Shown piece by piece: positions 29,301-42,397 of a DNA stretch of 64,000 bases. The stretch covers positions 3,162,001-3,226,000 of the forward strand of contig OZ037765.1 of the NCBI GenBank assembly GCA_964035545.1, in the 5' to 3' direction. The notes below the pieces were generated by a model. The model saw only the letters and a list, made by a program, of their open reading frames with translations, did no database searches and was not told the DNA's origin. How positions within the stretch are numbered: position 1 is the first letter of the stretch; the number at the start of each line of letters is the position of its first letter. Made by a program: the position numbers and the translations under genes. The stretch is from Bugula neritina (Eukaryota > Animalia > Bryozoa).

Positions 29301-32165
29301 AGCGTTTTCAATATCTTCTGAATCTCATCGCTGAGGTTCAATGAGTTGTCGTGAGTCTCAATGGCACTAAAAAGATTTAAAGAGTAGTTAGTCTACATCC
29401 TCAGTCTGCATGCTCAGCTGACTTATGTTGGCATGAGTTTTTAATAAAGCATCCAATAATAGGATGTCAAGTTACAGAGATACTAGTAATTATTGACCCA
29501 AAAGCTCTCTATAGACTGAAAATTGAGAGCGGTAACAATAATTACCATATTTTAAGAAAATAGTTAGTTATAATATACATTAACACCCAATTCCAGTATT
29601 CCACTTAACCTACAAGGGAAGACAACTTGAAAACTATTATATAGAGAAGAATAAATGGATAGGATATTATAGCCAGACAGCTAACCTCTTGAGTTTACAC
29701 AGTCTGTAATAGATTGTCAGCTCCGGGGAGTGTTTCATATCCTTAGTGAGTTTGGCAACATCTACCAGGTTGTTCTTTATCTGACATTGAAACATGCAAC
29801 TTATCCAACAAATACTAGACCACTGAATAGTGTCCTTAAAGACACCAGGAAATGAGACAACTCTAAGCTGAAAGCATGTTTTGTAATCTTCAACAGCAAT
29901 TAATAATTGTTTCAAGAAACTTTAAAACACAAATCAACACAAATAACACAATAGGTTCAGAACTGGCATATTATTTATATACTATATCTGATGAACAATT
30001 ACATCAATATTGGCTGGCTTGTAAACTCATGAGTATAAAGTTGGTGACTCACCACAATTCCAAACAACTCCTTGAATTTAGCTGGGAAATTACTTCTGAT
30101 AAAGGTCAAAGCGTGACCTGCGGCAGTGGAAGCCTCTGCTATTCTCCCTCCATCCAGGTGACATTGTACCAGAGCTCTATAAAGTTTCATTTTAATTTGA
30201 TTATCTTTACTATAATAGGCTTCATAAATGAGTTTTCATTGACAAAAAAGATTTTGGTAAAAATGAAAATGATAGCATATTTTGAGACATATATAGCAAT
30301 GTGTTAGGTTAAAGATGTGGGTAGAACAGTTGACTTAGTAGTCAGTTTTATGAAGAAGAAGTAGAATTACCTTAAACTACAACTGCACTCTAATAATATT
30401 AGCATTTCAGTTTGATTCCAATTACTAGAGTCTAACTGTTTACAAATCCAAAAAGCTTTAAAATATTTCAAATGCCCAACACTTTCTGCACCAGTAAAAA
30501 CTGTCCTTTTCTGAACAGCGTTGTCTTCAATATTATTTAAAACATATTTTTTGGTACACATAGCTCTATGCTCTTGATTTATATACCATAAAACACTTCA
30601 AGCATAACATATAATTCCTCAAAAGACCCCCAAACCCATTAGTATATTGAAAATATCTAAATTACTATACTCCTGCAAAATAATCATCAAATAGACAAAT
30701 ACAAGAGTTGCTTTCCTATTAGCATTAGATATCATAACACAATCAGTAACATATGAAGTATCATATTTAAAACACTAGAATCGTTCTATAGGCAGCTACG
30801 AGTTGGGGGTGACTGAGTGCATTAATCTCAGTCACCCCAACTCGGTGCTGCTTATAGAATAACTCAAAATATTATGCTCACATCATCAGAGTGGCTCTCC
30901 ACTCATAGTCTGAGTCATCAATATCATCCAGAGCTTTGACAACTTGCTGCATGGACTTAGTTAAGTACTGTTTAGTGCCGGGCTTGAGAAAAGAGCGGCA
31001 GAAGTTCCAGTACAAAACTGACGCATTGTACACCAGAAAGTAGTACCGAGAGTTTTCTTTTGCAAAAGAAATAGCTTTCAGAAGGTACACTACAGATTTC
31101 TCAAACTCCTCAAATTGATCAGAAGACTTTGGGGCAATTAGTTGGGCATGGCATAGATAAGCCCGACATAGAAATTGATTAGATGGTGGAGACCTAAAAG
31201 AAAATAAAGTAGCTGATAAACTAAAAAATATTGCTTAGAAACTATTGACAGTGGTCAAATAAAAAATAAAAAGTTTTAGAAAATCATGATTTATAATTTG
31301 AAATAGCTAAAAAAAAATTCAAATGAATCATTATGCAAATGGGAAATAATAATAATTCAAAAGTTTTAACAATACCTGGAAAGAAATATTTTGAGCATGT
31401 CTGCAGCAGAACTTGTGGCGCCATGTTCAAAGGCTTTCTCCGCATAGATGACATATAGATCAGAGGAAAAAGGCTCACTGATGTCACCACTAACGTTAGG
31501 TTTTGTTTGCTTCAGCAGTTCCAAAGCATAGAGGAGGTTTTCTTGAACATTATCTCCTACAAATGAGCACAACTCATGAACTTGTAGATAATACAGAGTA
31601 GTAGAAACTTGCTATAGATTTGTAAAAGGTATAACTTTAGTATATAACTAATGAGTATGAACATTCACCAAACAATAAAAAATTACAATTTATTTTAAAA
31701 ATATTTTTCTACAATTCATTTCAATAAAATCTAAACACCTCAATCTAGTAAAAATAAATTACTCAACTATAAATATAAATTAGTTATTTTTTATTTACCA
31801 TCTAATTCTATTAGTAATACTAATACTATTAAATAAACACTATTAGTAATACTAATAGTAATAGCGTTTATTTAATGTTTAAATTATTCAATCTTCAATT
31901 CAATCAGTATCACTCAATCTTATTGTTATTAATATTTCATTAATATTATTACTATAACCATTATTTAATTTTATTACAAGTAAAAAATTATATTTGAAAA
32001 CTCTAAGTTAAACTAAAACTTAAGTTAGTCCAAGAGTAAGAATAACTATAAAATTAAATATAAGATTAAGTTTAACTTTAACTTTAACTTCAAGTCCTAA
32101 ACGTGAAAATTGAAATATTTACCCTTATCCACAGCAGACAGCAAGTTTCTAATGTGTGAATCCAT
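43..32165 (-). CDS. CFAP46: Cilia- and flagella-associated protein 46 (TTC40), 5' part; the gene continues beyond the left edge
   Basis: Hand-spliced exons, all GT-AG and phase-consistent: 32123-32165, 31376-31556, 30882-31193, 30053-30176, 29686-29780, 29184-29366, 29022-29054, 28298-28360, 27803-27844, 27453-27542, 26978-27071, 26633-26725, 21243-21433, 19545-20024, 15782-15913, 15274-15409, 13714-14081, 12119-12219, 8542-8693, 7277-7435, 6929-6973, 5829-5939, 4904-5103, 4032-4166, 3177-3354, 2964-2990, 1745-2013, 880-1063, 442-595, 43-210. Peptides RYYFLVYNASVLYW, WNLGLPLLQKNLRKNLRKPL, LRCQIHLE, LYDQPERAEDIA, GLALAPDVFDIALDSENEAK, FINAEALIHLLRTEEVELND and ELQLWTRL match vertebrate CFAP46 as I recall it. 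The small exons (27-63 nt) are less certain. Confidence 0.93.
2153..2466. mobile_element. hAT (Charlie-like) MITE
   Basis: Termini CAGGGCTGTCCAAC...GTTGGACACCCCTG; 8-bp TSD GTATAAAC / GTACAAAC (7/8); internal GTGGCCC/ATGGCCC motifs. Confidence 0.75.
5260..5356. repeat. (TA)n microsatellite
   Basis: Interrupted TA dinucleotide run. Confidence 0.95.
8694..9570. repeat. 29-bp minisatellite, ~30 copies, starting exactly at a CFAP46 splice acceptor
   Basis: Unit CTACAAGACACAGTACCCTGCT(G/A)CTGTCA; a 31-bp ACACACACTA variant occurs at 8694 and again near 9044. Confidence 0.95.
13351..13703. repeat. 36-bp minisatellite, ~9-10 copies, just after a CFAP46 donor site
   Basis: Unit CAGTGTGTACCACACACACAGCTAGTAAATGTATTA. 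Confidence 0.93.
14131..14282. mobile_element. MITE-like fragment rich in GATCGATCT motifs with a foldback end
   Basis: Near-perfect palindrome 14136-14172 (CTTTCCATGTATCGATCT-C-AGATCGATCCATGGAAAG); repeated GATCGATCT and CATGGAAAGAC motifs. Confidence 0.45.
17144..18965. mobile_element. Non-autonomous hAT-type DNA transposon (1.8 kb)
   Basis: TIR CAGGGATGTAGTGG...CCACTACATCCTTG (1 mismatch); perfect 8-bp TSD GCTACAGC at 17136-17143 and 18966-18973; subterminal CCATACG repeats on the left, GC-rich GGCCCCCTGGACCC repeats on the right; no transposase ORF. Confidence 0.85.
20812..20977. mobile_element. Small MITE (possibly PIF/Harbinger-like)
   Basis: 15-bp perfect TIR TCACTGCGTTTCCAT / ATGGAAACGCAGTGA; internal repeated TCGCATTATGCG; no clean TSD, so the family is tentative. 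Confidence 0.55.
21537..25688 (+). mobile_element. Decayed Academ (AcademX-type) DNA transposon in a CFAP46 intron
   Basis: Imperfect TIRs of about 150 bp (21537-~21693 and ~25541-25688) with termini TAGTCTGGCAG...CTGCCAGACTA and a 3-bp TSD ATA. Broken plus-strand ORF pieces: REGDWALHL (22593-22829), an XPG/H3TH-like SHDLSECDTVA..IGKG (~24125-24190), LPPT, and a C-terminal Cys-rich finger KCSCGSQQSCKTRR...PCTEFCPCE..CCN (24953-25144). TAG termini, short TSD, XPG domain and Cys finger fit the Academ superfamily. Confidence 0.75.
23600..24095 (+). mobile_element. 5'-truncated RTE-like LINE fragment nested in the Academ element
   Basis: Peptide TLMYGYQTWPLTQRQEDKIGATEMRMLRHI...RRKPLQWYGHVRRRD, then after a frameshift KRGRPKK, typical of the post-RT C-terminus of RTE-clade non-LTR retrotransposons. 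Boundaries approximate. Confidence 0.72.
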
Positions 32166-32290
32166 TTCGTCTTTACTTGAATAAAAAGCCTCAGTTTTTA
32201 CTAAATTTTACTGCTTTTTTCAACATTTTGTTTCACATTAGCCAGGCAAACAGTATTACTCATTAGTGAAGAAGCGAAACTGCTATATTT

Positions 32291-32395
32291 TTCGCCATAG
32301 AAACTGAATTTTGTCCAATTGTGGGATGCTGTAGCATTGACTTCAGTGATTGGCTTTCATAAATGAACGCGATACTCTTGTTGGTCCGTGGTAAC
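32291..32395. promoter_or_regulatory. Two X-box (RFX)-like motifs upstream of CFAP46, in the region shared with SC5D copy 1
   Basis: TTCGCCATAGAAAC (32291-32304) and TGGTCCGTGGTAAC (32382-32395) resemble GTTNCCATGGNAAC; CCAAT/ATTGG boxes near 32314, 32349 and 32651. X-boxes are expected at ciliary genes. Confidence 0.5.
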
Positions 32396-34847
32396 AGCAG
32401 CTAAAACTTTTGAAAAATATAATAGTTGTTAATGATAAAATTTAAAAATTGTTAATTTGTATTTTATTATTTTTTATGTTTTAATTTTTTAAATAATTGT
32501 TTTGATTTTTGGTTTATCGTTTTTATGCAGCCTCTTTCGAGTAAACCTTTGCACTCTAAGACCGGTATTGTAATTTGTATAGGGCCGCATCAGTGCGTTG
32601 TCGCGAATTATTAATTTTAAATCTCAGGTTTGATGGCTCTTTATTTAGGACCAATCACAACTCTTTCTTCAAACAGCCGATTGTTTCCCATACAATTACA
32701 TGCGTTTCGCTTTCTGTTTCTGCATTCGTATAGCCTAAAAGATAAAAAAAATAAATTATCATTACTTTAAGTTTAACTTATTACTATAATTGGTATTATT
32801 ATTAGATTAGTATTATAAAATATCACTAAATCATTGCGATTATCATATTCAGATTATCATCATCATCATGATATTAATTATGATATTCAATATGAATATT
32901 TATATTGATAACATTATCATTATGATTATGATTAACTAATAATTATAATCATAATCTAAAAATAAAAGTAAATCATAAGACCAAGAGACAGTCAAGGGTA
33001 AGACATATGCTTGAAGCTAAGCGATTTATATTATCACTCAAACTAAATCTAACACTAATAGTAATAATTATTAGTATATTGCTTACAGTTATTATCACTA
33101 TGAAACTGAGTATCAGTATAAATCAGTGTTAGTGTAATCAGTAATGATATTAACTTCAAGTTTAAGTATTACTATTAGTATATACTTACTTAGTCTTTCT
33201 TAAATAGTAACAACAACATTGACATAGTGATAAAGTTAAAGGTTTCTTCGAAGTCGAACTCTTCATAAAATTAAATACTTGAAGTTAATAGTAATACTAA
33301 TACTAATAGTAATAGTAATAGTAATTTACTAATAGGTGGTAGCTATAAGAATACTTCATTTATTTTTAATGATTTATAATTAATAAATTATTTTAAATCT
33401 AATACAGTATTAAAATATTCATATTTTCGTAGGTGTCAATATCAAATAATCACTTATGTCTACGAGCCTAGAGACTGAGATTCAGACTGTAACACTTACT
33501 GACATTGTTAGTGTTAGTGTTAGCAAGTGTAACAGTAACACTAACAGTGTAACTGTTTGAGGCTCCAGAACAAACTTTAATCACAAAGTACTAGTATTAC
33601 TACTAGTGTTAGTGTTACTATTGCTATTAGTAATAATAATTAGTAATAATGTTAATATTTAAACACTGATGGTGATAGCTGGCATTAGATAAAAATAGTA
33701 ATAATCAGACATTTTGCCAGCAAAAATACCACTATCAGTAGGAATAGTTTTGGATAATATTAGGCTGAAAGTCTAAAATTATCTAATTCAATATGTTACT
33801 AAAAGAAGAGTGATCGGTTTTGACAACCAGTGTGTCATTTTTACTTCATGTTCAAAATAAAGTGAGATTATAAATTATTTTAAAAATTTATCTCTCCACC
33901 CTTTAATAATAGTAACACTTACCTCTTACACTATGGCTAATGTAAATGCCCTGGTTTTATGCTTGTTATGCAGTAGAAACAATTGTTGTTGAAACAGCAA
34001 TTTCAAAATGATGTGTTTCTCACAATAAATATATTAGTTTTTCATTTATATCATGGCATCACAGTATATGTGTGGGTTCAAAGCCAAAATTTTTTTGTTG
34101 CATAACAAACATTGTTGGTGTTTGGATGACTTTATGATTAATATTTGTACTTTCAGTAATAGTAATCAAGTTAGGCAGTTAGAGCCTTAGTTTTACTTCT
34201 TATAACAATAGGAAAAATATTTGCCAAATTCGTTATAATCATAATTATTTATCACGGGTGCATTTGAAACATTTCTGGTATACAGTATTAGAACCTATTA
34301 GAAAGATAAAGTGAGCATTTTTAAATCTCTTCACACAGACTAGTTTTTAGTTACCCAAGCAAACTAATCATGTGCTTTGCTTGTCTAATTGATATCCTGA
34401 CAACAATGTCATTAAATCAGAATTTTTTGATGAAGATTTTAATCTGTTCACTAGACAATATTTCTCATTAAAGTTTGAAGTGCATTATTGTAATGAAATA
34501 TTGATTACGTGACCATGAATACCTGCATTTCAATACCATACTTCCATCAAGCAATGCTGTAATCTGATTGGATGGTGTACAGCTTATCTTTCCACCAACA
34601 TGCTTCTAATCAACATTTTATCAGATATGCCTCTACACCACTATATAATGGCGCATGACAACTATTGCTAGAGAAGGTTTGCTTGCGTCGAATTGGCATT
34701 TAGTAAGCTCTAACCTGGCATTTAGTATGCTCTAAATTTTTTCTGGCATAAGATTATTAAGAAATCCATATCTGTAGCCAAATTTTCAACTCAATAAATT
34801 CTATATCTGAATTTCCAACTCTATAATTAAATGTGTGTTTTTAGAAA

Positions 34848-37075
34848 ATGGATATCGTGTTAGACTACGCTGATACAGCTATTCTAGACAAAGTATATTC
34901 AAATTTTGATATACCCAGAGACAATATCTGGAGACAGCTAGTTAGTCTACTCACCATTGTGAATATTGGAGGATTTCTTCTCTATATCATCCCAGCTAGT
35001 CTCAGCTACCATTTCTTCTTTGATAAAAGGCATCTCAACCATCCACTGATACTAAAAGTAAAAAAGTTATTTCTATCTCTGGCTTTATTAAGACAAGTTA
35101 TTGTTTTAATATTGGAAATAGTTTGTTACTAGTTTGTGTACTTATTGCCTTCCTGATTGTGTTAAAATGTATCAGCTTTGGTAACTGTTGTTAGGATCAA
35201 GTTCGTAAAGAGATTAAGTATGCCTTGGGCTCCATACCATACATGAGTCTCCCAACTACAGCTGTTTTCATGTTTGAAGTGAGGGGCTATTCTAAACTGT
35301 ATGACAATGTTCATCAATTTCGACTGGGTATGTACTTTATAACCTGTGTACTTAAAATCGTTTAAGACTATACATAGTTAGAAGCTTTTTGGCTAGAACT
35401 TTGTTTTTAGCTTTAATTCTTCAACATCTCAGTAGAGTTCTAATACTCAGTCACAGGCTATTCCAAAGGTCCTTGACCTTGATACCAGTCAAAGAACTCC
35501 CTCAATCAGAACAGGAAACTTAGAAAAGTTATCGTGCCTTTCCTTTCACGCTAGCAAATTCTTCTTCGCTGCATGCATTGACATTTTCTGTTGCAAGTGT
35601 TGATTCAAAGACTACAGTTTTGTACTGCATTTAGTATATGCAGCTATAGTTTATACTGTGCAGTGAATGTGCACATTTCATAATCAAGGAAGTTCCATCA
35701 ATAATTCATTCAAAATGGCGATCTAGATTAATTAACTTGGTTGCAACGTGCATACACCCAAACACTGGCTTATTGTTCTACTCTAATATGTTGACTGTTA
35801 TGCTGTGTTGATTGCAGGTTGGATTGCTGTTGCCTTTCAAATTGTGACATTCATTCTGTTTACTGACTGCTTCATCTACTGGATACACAGAGGTCTCCAT
35901 CATAAACTCATCTACAAGTATATCCACAAGGACCACCACAAGTATGTTTGTATGCTATCCTGTAGTAGACCTCATTGTATTGAATAACTTTTAGGGCGAG
36001 GTTTAGTTCATTAGCTGTGCACAGTATTTAATGTTAATATATGCCCCGGCTGAAATAAGTTACAAATGCCAACTGCATAATGAACCTTTACATACAGAAG
36101 AGCATGGGGCAGGGATAGTTTTCACAACATCTTGTAAATACTTTGAATGATCTTTTATTTTAAATAATCTAACAGAGTTTTGACTTTTTTTCAATTTTGT
36201 TCATGTCTACTTATGATAGCCAGTATTTACACTAAATTTCGCAACATGTTTTTATGTCTATGATATGTAATTAATCAATCAATCAATCAAAAACAGATCA
36301 ATCTCCTCAGTTGAACTCTACAGTTAGATTCTCTTATTTTTCTGGTTATTAGCTAAAATTGCTGAGTTCTACAGTTTGTAAGAGTTAATGTCAAAATGAT
36401 GTTAACCCCTCCCGCCTGAAAAATATAGTTTGTATCTTGATATTGTACTTATAATAACTGAGCTAGGTGCTGATTTATCTCGCATGAAGTGAGGAGTTGG
36501 ATTGTAGAGAAGATAATTCCTACTCTTTAAGTCTCCAACATAGAGCTTGTTTCGGGGTCCTTATCATATGTGATATACGCATATCATATAAAACTGAGTT
36601 TAGAATATTTGAAATTGTTTTTGCAGAAATAAAGTAATGAAATTTCATCTGATGTAAAAAGCAATAAGTCTGCATATCTTATGCTTATAGGTGGAAAGTT
36701 CCCACCCCCTTCGCTAGTCACGCGTTCCACCCTCTAGACGGGTTCCTACAGAGCTGCCCCTACCATATCTACCCCTTCCTCTTCCCTCTACACAAGTTCA
36801 CTTACCTCTTTCTCTTTGTGTTTGTCAACCTCTGGACCATTTCCATCCACGACGGTGTGTATAGCGTGCCTGCAGTAATGAAGCCGTTTGTCAATGGATC
36901 AGCCCACCACACTGATCATCATCTCTTCTACAACTACAACTATGGACAGTTCTTCACTCTATGGGACAGAATTGGACAGTCTTTCAGGACTCCTTCAGCA
37001 TGGGACGGTGACAGCCCTCTTGCACAAGTCCTGCAAAATGGCAATGGGAAGGCTAATGGGCATAAGGCTGAGTAG
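34848..37075 (+). CDS. SC5D: Lathosterol oxidase / sterol-C5-desaturase, copy 1 (283 aa)
   Basis: Exons 34848-35057, 35195-35327, 35818-35941, 36691-37075 (852 nt, intact). His boxes HRGLH, HKDHH and HHTDHH; motifs [21 protein letters not shown] and [13 protein letters not shown] typical of SC5D/ERG3. AATAAA at 37377-37382. Confidence 0.93.
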
Positions 37076-37952
37076 AAATGGCTTTTTTCTTTTTGTCGTG
37101 TTTTCAACCCACAGAAATGTTTATATGGTAGTATAACCGTCTACTGCTACCCTTGTGATATGTGGAGGAGATAACCCTTAACATATTTATTATAAAGTGT
37201 TTTCTCTCACCTTGCAAAACTCTATCCATCATCTTGTGCATATCTTTTTCTTGAAGATTTTGCAAAATCACCTAAAATCAATCGTAGATCAACTCTTTGT
37301 AAAATTATTGCTGATTTAAATTTATCTGCCACTGTCTTTCAACATATTCAATTGTATATTTTTATACTTACCAATCAATAAAGTTTATTGATGAAATAAT
37401 GTATAAATTATTTAATGTTAGTATAGTGGGTTGTAATATCTTCATGTTTGAAAAATATCATCACTGAATTAAAACACGTGATTGTATTTTATATTGTTTA
37501 TGTATTTTCAGTCAGCAACAAGTAAAAAAAATCATTTCAAACTCCACCAAATTAAAAACTTCCAAAACTTGTTAATTTTAACCTAAAATCTACTTTCCAC
37601 TCATCACCAACTGTAGATGACAAGTCAACTATTCAACTAACACATTTATGAGTGATGAGTATAACATGATGTAAAAGTGACTTTTGTAGATCATTTCCAT
37701 TCTTAGTTTTGCATCTGCTTGCCGTTTAGCAATAAACCAATATATTGAGTAAGACTAAGATAATAGACTACTTGTGTAGCAAAGGATTATAGTTGGCAAC
37801 TATGGAAGCTATTGATGTCTAGTTCCTAATTGCTCAAGTAACAATTTCATAATCAGCAATCAACTATATTGTCATATGACATATACTATAGGCAGGAAAT
37901 GACATACCAGTAACGAGGTTGGACTAGCCAAAATCAGTCTACACTGACTTTT

Positions 37953-38101
<149 letters not shown>

Positions 38102-41100
38102 AAGTAATTGCACCAAATAAATATTTGCTTATGTAATATTTGTTTGGCATTATTTGTGAGAAAGCTGTGAATGATAACACATAATATATAGACTGTTATT
38201 TCTCCTTCATGAAAAACTCAAACAATTAATTTATTATTTTGTGATTCAAACCACATTATTAAAACTTCACTTCAAGTTATTGTTTACATCAAAGTAGATT
38301 TTATGAAAATTATAGCTTTAGACTTTTGCATACGTGACTTCACAATTTTGACGGTTCCCTTCTGCATATATCAATGTCATCGACCTATTAACAAAGTAGC
38401 CTATTCAACTTATTTTTGGCAATCACAAACAATATAATATTTCATTACCATTTTATAGGTTTATCAGTAATAGAATAATTATGCATTAATCACTTAAATT
38501 GTCTATCTATATCTGTACTTTAAACCCATCAGGAAACTCACAGATATAATTATAATAGAGATATCCTTTTTAAAATAGTAAAAGTAACATTAAAAACAGA
38601 TATGTGCCAGTTTAAATGAAGGGATTATGGCTGTTATCTCACAAATAATAAATACATTGATTTTTTTGCAATTATTTGAATTGAAGCATTGCTTTTATCC
38701 CATGAACACAATATTGGTGGGCTAACTGCAATGAAATGAAATATTCTAACTTGAATAGCAGTTGGTTTGATGTTGCAACATACACACTGCTATATGGAAG
38801 TATCTTTTAGTTATATAACCATATTACATTAATACAATACATCATACATTTAATGTTCTTAAACTGTATGTATAACAATTATAGATTATTATATTATGCA
38901 TCATTATATTTTACATTATTGTATTATGCAGTATATTATAATATTATATTCTATTGGTTAGGTCATTTCTTAGTAATTTTTTTCTTAGTAATTTGGCCTC
39001 TGATTGTGAGAATTTGAACCCAAATGGAGGCTTCTGCTGCTACTTTTCCTTGAAGGCGCATGTGACCATCAACTATCACGTGACAACAGAAAATTCTTCA
39101 ATTTTGGAATTCTTGGCTTGAATGTTAGTGATTTATTAGTTAGAATTTACATCAAGGGAGAATAATTGCATATAATATAAAAATTCAAGGGGATTCCCCT
39201 TAGCTCTCCAAAGTCTACTAAGTGCTTAGAGCCCACAGACAAACCTATGGAATTTCTAATAACCTTGCTAACATATTAGCAGCATTCTCCACTCTGTTCT
39301 GTTGTCAATGTAATGCAGACTTGCTAGAATACGAGTTTCACATAATATTTTATTCTTTCTTGAAACTATTACATAATATAAAATATTCGCTGTCTAAAAA
39401 TAGGCTCTATAATAAATTACAAACTAGTCAGAACACAAAGAACTTCCTAACAAGATTAAAGCTAATAGTTCCAATTTCATGCTATATAAACAATTCACTT
39501 GATTTTTTTAGTATAAAACCACTTTGATGCTTAGTAAACTTCCATTAAACCAGGTTAATGTTTCTAAAGCAAAAATTTCAAGGATTCTGTTTTTAAACTA
39601 AAATCCTAGACACAATTGGCATTGCTGTCCCATAATTCCCTGAGAAACTGCTCATATGGGAATTGATTCAAATGAATCATGACAGAATGACTCTAATGTC
39701 TTGGCTAATTTAGCTTTTGATATTTCATGGAGTTGTAATACCTTCTCTTTTTGTGAAACTGAGATTTTTGATAATTTATTTTGCTTATAGGTCTGTCAAC
39801 AACAAAAATTTGTGTTACATAATATTACTAAAGTATACATGCAGCTGTTTTTTAAAGATATAGATTTAATTGAAAAGATGATGAATTTTCACCATAAATT
39901 ATATTTTGATTACTATAGCAGTTAATTTAAAGTACAGTTGACTTGGCATTTCCTAAATTTAGTTAATATAGCAAAGTTCCCAGATGAGATGAAATGGTTT
40001 TTGTGGAATAAATTATCATATTTAAGAATTAAGTGAGGCACATCAATAAACCACACCACTAACTATAGTACTGGGTTATTGAAGAATTTGTAGTTCTAAT
40101 TTTAGCTACATCTGAATGCTGGTCAGGAGTTGAATTATAGAGGTGAAAGTTAATGATCTTTAGGTCAGTTTGAACTCTGAATTCTAAGGCTTGTTAACAG
40201 CATGTTTTTTGCTGACTCATTAAACTGCAACTGTTAAATAATTACAGTTTTATTAAGTACTTTTGATCCATTGCTATATGCTTTATGCAAGTTGTTGTCA
40301 AGGTATTTGTTTGAATAATTAAAGAATCTTGTTAAACTTTGCCTACATAAGATGGGCACATTCTGATAAACCACCTTCCTTCAATAGCAATATTTATTTG
40401 TCAATGAACTGAGATAGAGCTTTGTTTAAAAAAAATTCATAAAAATACTTAATTCGTTTGTAGTCTTTGCTTTGCTATTCAAACTATCTTTTTAACTTTC
40501 TATTGGCTGATTGCTAATATTGCATCAAGCATTTTGGAACTTTCACTTAATAAAATATGTATAAATTTATACACTGTGCTGTCTCCATAAAAATCTATTG
40601 ACACGCATATAAAACTGTTGGTGAATTTTCAATATAACATTAATATATCTCTGCTCAGTTATGCCTTAAAGCTATTAATAGAACTGTACATACATAGACT
40701 GCTGGCAACAATCAACATTGTTTATAAAAGCTGGATTCATGAGCTTTTTGACAGTTGGACAAATTTGACGTATTGTATTAATCACTAAACTGGCAGTTTG
40801 CTTCATATATATACTTTTAAACTAATAAACACCATATAGAAATAATAAATTTGTTTGTTCAAAATATAATTGGAATGAAAATCTAAACATACTAAAATTC
40901 AGAATGAGTAAATTTATAACTCTATTACATGAGAATTTTATAACTGCAAGAATTCCTTATACAGTAATACTTTTGTAAATATGATACTACCTTTAAACAT
41001 AAAATGTCTTTTTAACCAATTATATATGAACACAGCGATGTGCACACTTTACATGCTTATATTTATTATATAGCAAGTATAAAGCAGGAGAAAAGTGGAA

Positions 41101-42233
41101 TAAAAGAAAATAAACAGTATAATAATAGTTTTTGCAGTTATGAGTTTTGCAACCCTTGCACGTAGTGCTTACAATAATGCAGTATACACAATACCTACTT
41201 TGGAAATCCATTAATAATTACAGCCATATAATATATTTATTTAGCCTAAGCACCATTTTTTCATGCATTGAAACAGCCATGAAGTCTTGGCTATAAAGAT
41301 TCAGCAACACCATAAATCAAGGAGAGCTCCACTAATGGTGCATGGAAAATAGTGCATATATCTGTTGGCTTGGAAATTGAATAGGTTTTTAAATAGCCAT
41401 TAACAGCAAAATTATTGCAAATCTCCTTTTGATGTTTAATGTCTCCAAAATTTCTGAAGGTGTATATGAGTTGGCTATGACACAGCCACTGGCTTATTTG
41501 TGCAAGCTAAGCCCTTAAAAGGCAACGATATAGTACATACGCACCCATACCCTGAAACTGGGGATTTGATGGATCAATCAGGCTGCCTTCCTTCCTGCTT
41601 TCAAGTGACTCAGTAGTGCAGCTAGCAATTTTTAGCAGCTTGCTAAATTATTGTGTAATTTGGAAATTTCTCAAGACTTGTCAATTTGATTTGTACCGGT
41701 TTGGTTACGGTATGCACAGCACAATATTTTAGTTTCTTGGCTATTCTAAGAAAATAGCTACTTGAAGACTTTACCGCATTAAATTCAAAAGTAATTTACT
41801 TTTTATCAAACATTTACCAGTTACATTATAATTAAGCTTAAAAGAGGTTTTGATTTTTATTTTTTGCTATAATACTTTGAATTATCTCCAATTTATTTCA
41901 GAGAGTGATTTGGCCCAACATTATTTTTTAGGTTTCGTAATTTCTAAGCATGAAGATCTAAATATGCAAGCATAAAACATTTGCACATACCTGTTCCAGT
42001 GATAAGTTGTGCATAAACTGAAAAGGACAATGACCTCTAATCATTTAAGCATAAATATTTGTCTGGGAATAGACAAAATATTGATCAGTTTGATCCCATC
42101 ACATAAATAGAGGTTATTGACCACTTCACTGAAACTTTATTTATAGCAGCAGAAATTGCTTTAGCCAAGAAGAAGTTGAAAAAATGTCATGATTTAATTT
42201 TTAAACTTTAGCATCAGTTCTTATTATATGCTA

Positions 42234-42355
42234 GGGAGCAGCCGTGGTTTAGGGGTTAGAGCTTAGGGTTTAAAGCATCTGCTTAGTAAGCACAAAGTCA
42301 CGTGGGTTCGCACCCCAGAAAATGCCATTGGTTATATTAGGAAAAATATTGAGCC
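42234..42355 (+). mobile_element. tRNA-derived SINE head
   Basis: A-box-like TGGTTTAGGGGTTAGAGC (partly duplicated) and B-box GGTTCGCACCC followed by non-tRNA body; no intact cloverleaf acceptor stem. Confidence 0.55.
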
Positions 42356-42397
42356 ATAATTTACAAGAAAACTGTTTTGTCTTATAAAAAAATAATT

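Noticed and set aside
42234-42325. Functional tRNA gene
   Set aside because: The A-box region is duplicated and there is no pairing acceptor stem; better explained as a SINE head.
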